A DNA stretch of 64,000 bases from contig CAZBBK010000005.1 in NCBI GenBank assembly GCA_964490075.1, forward strand, positions 1 to 64,000, read 5' to 3'. The DNA comes from an uncultured Gemmatimonadota bacterium (GTDB lineage Bacteria > GCA-2686955). The notes under the pieces were generated by a model, which saw nothing but the letters and a program-made list of their open reading frames with translations, made no database searches and was not told the DNA's origin. Of this stretch, positions 60,741 to 64,000 are shown in pieces. A program made the position numbers and the translations under genes. Within the stretch, counting starts at the first letter, position 1. Every line of letters starts with the position of its first letter.

Positions 60741-61369
60741 CAACGTCCCCAATCCGAAGGTTGGTCCCCCATCCGGAGCTCGAGCGTGGCGCCGGCGGCG
60801 ATCTGGGCGTGGTCGAGGAAGGGGCGCTCCAGGGGCTCGCCGTCCAGCGTGGCGCTCTGGATGTAGTACTGGCCCGGTCCGGCGCCGTGGCCGACGATCT
60901 CCAGGTCGCCGGCCGCGAGGTGCACGCGGGCGAAATCGAGGATCGGGCTGCCGATCCAGTAACGGGTGGTGCCGGCGAGGGGGTAGTAGCCGAGCGCCGA
61001 GAAGAGGGACCCGGAGGAGAGGGTTCCGCAATCGTCGTTGCCGTCGAGTCCGGCGGCGCCGGCGCCGTGGGTGTCGCGGTGGTGGTAGCCGCCGGTGTGG
61101 CGCCAGGGGATGTTGAGCTCGTCGAGGGCGGTGTCGAGCGAGAGGCGCACCAGGCCGAAGGGGACCTGGGCGCCGGGCGGGACCGAGCCGATGCCGAAGC
61201 CGCGGCCGCCGGTGCCGATCAGCGGGTCGACCTCATCGAGGAGGTCTCCGGCGGGCGCCGGGAGGGCCGGCGCCGCGGCGCAGAGAAGAAGGGTGAGGAG
61301 CGGTCCGGCCTTTGCTCTATGGGCACGAAGAAAAGGCTGGACAGGCCAGACTGAGTTCTGTAGTTTCAT
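60740..61369 (-). pseudogene. GH92 alpha-mannosidase remnant with large in-frame internal deletion
   Basis: N-terminal VDPLIGTGG...PGAQVPFGLV..S.DT..GGY is fused directly to C-terminal GNDDCG..S...FSALG.YP...Y.IGSP...YIQS..LDG...GATLEL.M; only 209 aa. Confidence 0.85.
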
Positions 61370-61374
61370 CTAAC
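61338..61374 (+). promoter_or_regulatory. Promoter with overlapping DtxR-type operator
   Basis: TGGACA-N17-TAGTTT; operator TGTAG-TTTCAT-CTAAC (61359-61374) covers the -10. Confidence 0.7.
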
Positions 61375-61400
61375 AAGTCTTACGCACAGGGAACCTCCCC

Positions 61401-62150
61401 ATGACTCCACGGGTCGAACAGCCGAACTTGACCAGCGCCCTCGAGGACTACCTGGAGACTATCTACCAGCTTCTCCAGGAGCAACCGATCGCCCGGGTGC
61501 GCGACATCGCGGCCGCGCGCGAGGTCAAGGCCGGCTCGGTCTCGCCGGCGCTCAAGCGGCTGGCCGACATGGGATTGGTCAAGTACCTGCGGCGCGAGTA
61601 CGTCACCCTCACACCCGAGGGGGAGCAGCAGGCGCGACGGGTCTACGCGCGGCATCGGGTGCTGACCCGCTTCTTCGAGAGCATCCTCGGCATGGGCAGC
61701 GACGCGGCCCAGCGCGACGCCTGCGCCATGGAGCACAGTCTTTCCGATGAAGGCATGGACCGGTTGGTGCGCTTGATCGAGTTTCTCGGCGCCTGCAACA
61801 GCTGCGCCCCCGACTTCCTCGACCATTTTCACAACTGTCCCTTGATGAACGACGACGCGCCGGCCTGCCCGCACGAGTGCGACTCGATGTGGGGGCGCAC
61901 CCTCGAAAAAGACGGAGGACCGATGAGCATCTTCGACATGATCCCGGGAGACGAGGCCACGGTGAGCCAGGTCAACGCCCGCGGTGCGATCCGCCAGCGG
62001 CTGCTCGACATGGGCATTCTGCCGCAGGCCAAGGTCGAGCTGGAGCGGGTGGCGCCGGCCGGCGAGCCGGTCTGGATCAAGCTCGACGGCACCCAGCTCG
62101 CGCTGCGGCGCCAGGAGGCGGAGGCGGTGGTGATCGAAGCGTCTTCGTGA
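61401..62150 (+). CDS. DtxR/MntR-family metal-dependent repressor with C-terminal FeoA domain
   Basis: EDYLETIY, HTH ARVRDIA..SVS.ALKRL, RHRVL and ACAMEH; FeoA RQRLLDMGILP..AP.GEP..LALRR.EA. Confidence 0.94.
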   Translation: MTPRVEQPNLTSALEDYLETIYQLLQEQPIARVRDIAAAREVKAGSVSPALKRLADMGLVKYLRREYVTLTPEGEQQARRVYARHRVLTRFFESILGMGSDAAQRDACAMEHSLSDEGMDRLVRLIEFLGACNSCAPDFLDHFHNCPLMNDDAPACPHECDSMWGRTLEKDGGPMSIFDMIPGDEATVSQVNARGAIRQRLLDMGILPQAKVELERVAPAGEPVWIKLDGTQLALRRQEAEAVVIEASS

Positions 62151-62184
62151 AGGAGGCGGCGCGAGCTCATTTTTTTTGCTACCA

Positions 62185-62200
62185 TGTAGACGAGACTAAC
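62185..62200 (+). promoter_or_regulatory. Second DtxR-type operator immediately before feoB
   Basis: TGTAG-ACGAGA-CTAAC has the same arms and spacing as 61359-61374 and ends 5 nt before the ATG. Confidence 0.7.
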
Positions 62201-62205
62201 GAACC

Positions 62206-64000
62206 ATGTCACAGCTAAAACAGCCGCTGCCCGAGCTGCAGATCCGCACCATCCGGGTCGCCTTGGCCGGCAATCCCAACTCCGGCAAGACTTCGATATT
62301 CAACGCGCTGACCGGCGCCCGCCAGCACGTGGGCAACTACCCCGGCGTCACGGTCGAGAAGCGCTGGGGGAGCTTCACGGCCAAGGGCACCGACTTCGAG
62401 GCGCAGGACCTGCCGGGCACCTACAGCCTGACCTCGTTCTCGCCCGAGGAGCGCATCGCCCAGGACGAGCTGCTCGACGGCGGCCACGACGTGGTGGTGG
62501 TGGTGGTCGACTCGACCGCGCTGAAGCGCTCGTTGGTGTTGCTGGCGCAAGTGATGCAGACCGGATCGAATCCGGTGCTCTGTCTGAACATGACCGACGA
62601 GGCGGAGCGCAACGGGCTGCGTCTCGATCTCGACCAGATGCGCAAGCTGCTCGGCATCGGAATCGTGCAGACGGTGGGGCACAAGGGGATCGGCGTCGAT
62701 CGGCTGGTGCAGGCGGTGCGCGCCGCGGCCGATGCTCCGGTGCGCCGGCCCCGGCTGGTGCTGGGCGAGCGCATGGAGCGCGCGATCGGCGCGATTCGCG
62801 AGAAGATGGAGCGGCTGCACGGCGCGGCTGGCGGGCGTGACTGGGTCGCCACCAAGCTGATGATGGGCGAAGAGGAGTTCGTGCAGCGGATGCAGGCGAC
62901 CGATGGCGACTGGGGCGGGGCCGCGATCGAGGAGGCGCAGCGCCAGCGCAAGAAGATCGAGGCGAGCACGGGCCAGGATATCTCGCTCTTCGTGACCGAG
63001 CGCTACTTCGGCTTCGTCGACGGGCTGCTGCGGGAGGTGGTGCTGGACGTGCCACGAGCCGACGCCCGCGCGCTCTCGGACGCGGTCGACAAGGTGCTGG
63101 TGCACCGGGCGCTCGGCCTGCCGATCTTCGCGGCGCTGATGTACGGGATCTTCTGGATCACCTTCACGCTGGGCGCGATTCCGATGGACTGGATCGATGC
63201 CGGCTTCGGGTGGATGGGCGCGACGATCGCGGGATTCTGGCCCGAGGGGGCGGAGTCGCCGCTGCGCTCGCTCTTGGTCGACGGGGTGATCGGCGGGGTC
63301 GGCGGAGTGCTCGTCTTTCTGCCCAATATTCTGTTGCTCTTCATCGGCCTGGCGCTCTTGGAGGACACCGGCTACATGGCCCGTGCGGCCTTCCTGATGG
63401 ATCGGGTGATGCACCGTTTCGGTCTGCACGGCAAGAGCTTCGTGCCGATGATGACGGGCTTCGGCTGCTCGATTCCCGGCATCATGGCGACCCGCACCTT
63501 GGAGAACGAGCGCGACCGGCTGACGACGATGCTGGTGCTGCCCCTGATGTCGTGCGGCGCCCGGTTGCCGATCTGGATGCTGCTGATTCCGGCTTTCTTC
63601 GCGCCGGGCATGCGGGCTCCGGTGCTGTGGCTGATCTACGCCTTCGGCATCGCCCTGGCGCTGGTGCTGGCTCTGCTGCTGCGACGCTCGTTGCTGCAGG
63701 GCGAAGACGCGCCCTTCGTCATGGAGCTGCCGCCCTATCGGGTGCCCACGGCGCGTGCGGTGCTCATGAAGATGGCGGAGCGCTCCTGGCTCTACGTGCG
63801 CAAGGCGGGCACCATCATTCTCGGCATCTCGATTCTGATGTGGGCGGCGACGGCATACCCGAGCCGCTCGGACTACGATGTGGACGCACAGGTCGCCGCG
63901 GGCGAGCTGAGCCTCTCCGCGGATGAGATCGAGCACGCCCGCGCGGCCGAGGATCTGCGTTACTCGATCGCCGGTCGGGTGGGGCGAGCCATCGAGCCGG
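62206..64000 (+). CDS. feoB: Ferrous iron transporter FeoB (3' end runs off the window)
   Basis: Translated by hand (absent from the ORF track): ALAGNPNSGKT, GNYPGVTVEK, DLPGTYSL, LNMTD, LEDTGYMARAA, GFGCSIP, MSCGAR and FVMELPPY. Confidence 0.97.
   Translation, partial: MSQLKQPLPELQIRTIRVALAGNPNSGKTSIFNALTGARQHVGNYPGVTVEKRWGSFTAKGTDFEAQDLPGTYSLTSFSPEERIAQDELLDGGHDVVVVVVDSTALKRSLVLLAQVMQTGSNPVLCLNMTDEAERNGLRLDLDQMRKLLGIGIVQTVGHKGIGVDRLVQAVRAAADAPVRRPRLVLGERMERAIGAIREKMERLHGAAGGRDWVATKLMMGEEEFVQRMQATDGDWGGAAIEEAQRQRKKIEASTGQDISLFVTERYFGFVDGLLREVVLDVPRADARALSDAVDKVLVHRALGLPIFAALMYGIFWITFTLGAIPMDWIDAGFGWMGATIAGFWPEGAESPLRSLLVDGVIGGVGGVLVFLPNILLLFIGLALLEDTGYMARAAFLMDRVMHRFGLHGKSFVPMMTGFGCSIPGIMATRTLENERDRLTTMLVLPLMSCGARLPIWMLLIPAFFAPGMRAPVLWLIYAFGIALALVLALLLRRSLLQGEDAPFVMELPPYRVPTARAVLMKMAERSWLYVRKAGTIILGISILMWAATAYPSRSDYDVDAQVAAGELSLSADEIEHARAAEDLRYSIAGRVGRAIEP

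Overview
A 64 kb chromosomal window from a very GC-rich (about 70% by eye) bacterium, probably diderm (RND, lipoproteins, Gld-like ABC). It is gene-dense, with about 47 coding regions. Housekeeping genes: priA, mltG, ruvX, rluD, a DksA/TraR-family gene, yggS/yggT, pgi, ddl, gdhA, hisS and a DtxR-FeoA/feoB iron-uptake locus. Transport: an MFP plus tandem RND pair, a heterodimeric ABC exporter and a GldAFG-DUF4340 ABC. Signalling: a sigma54 two-component pair whose kinase is broken. I saw no rRNA, tRNA, CRISPR array, transposase or phage gene. Most interesting signals: (1) an unannotated 18-codon leader ORF with antiterminator and terminator ahead of the heterodimeric ABC exporter; (2) a 1000-aa receiver-receiver-dikinase-like protein directly behind gdhA; (3) a 51-bp-period array of alternating inverted repeats, flanked by 33-bp hairpin direct repeats, in a 1.4 kb gene-free gap; (4) readable regulatory DNA (sigma54 promoter with candidate IHF site and enhancer, twin DtxR boxes, twin TTGAC-N3-GTCAA operators); (5) three gene lesions (an in-frame TAG junction, a frameshifted kinase, an internally deleted GH92). 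All calls come from reading motifs by eye; no database search or folding program was run, and many start codons were re-picked by hand.
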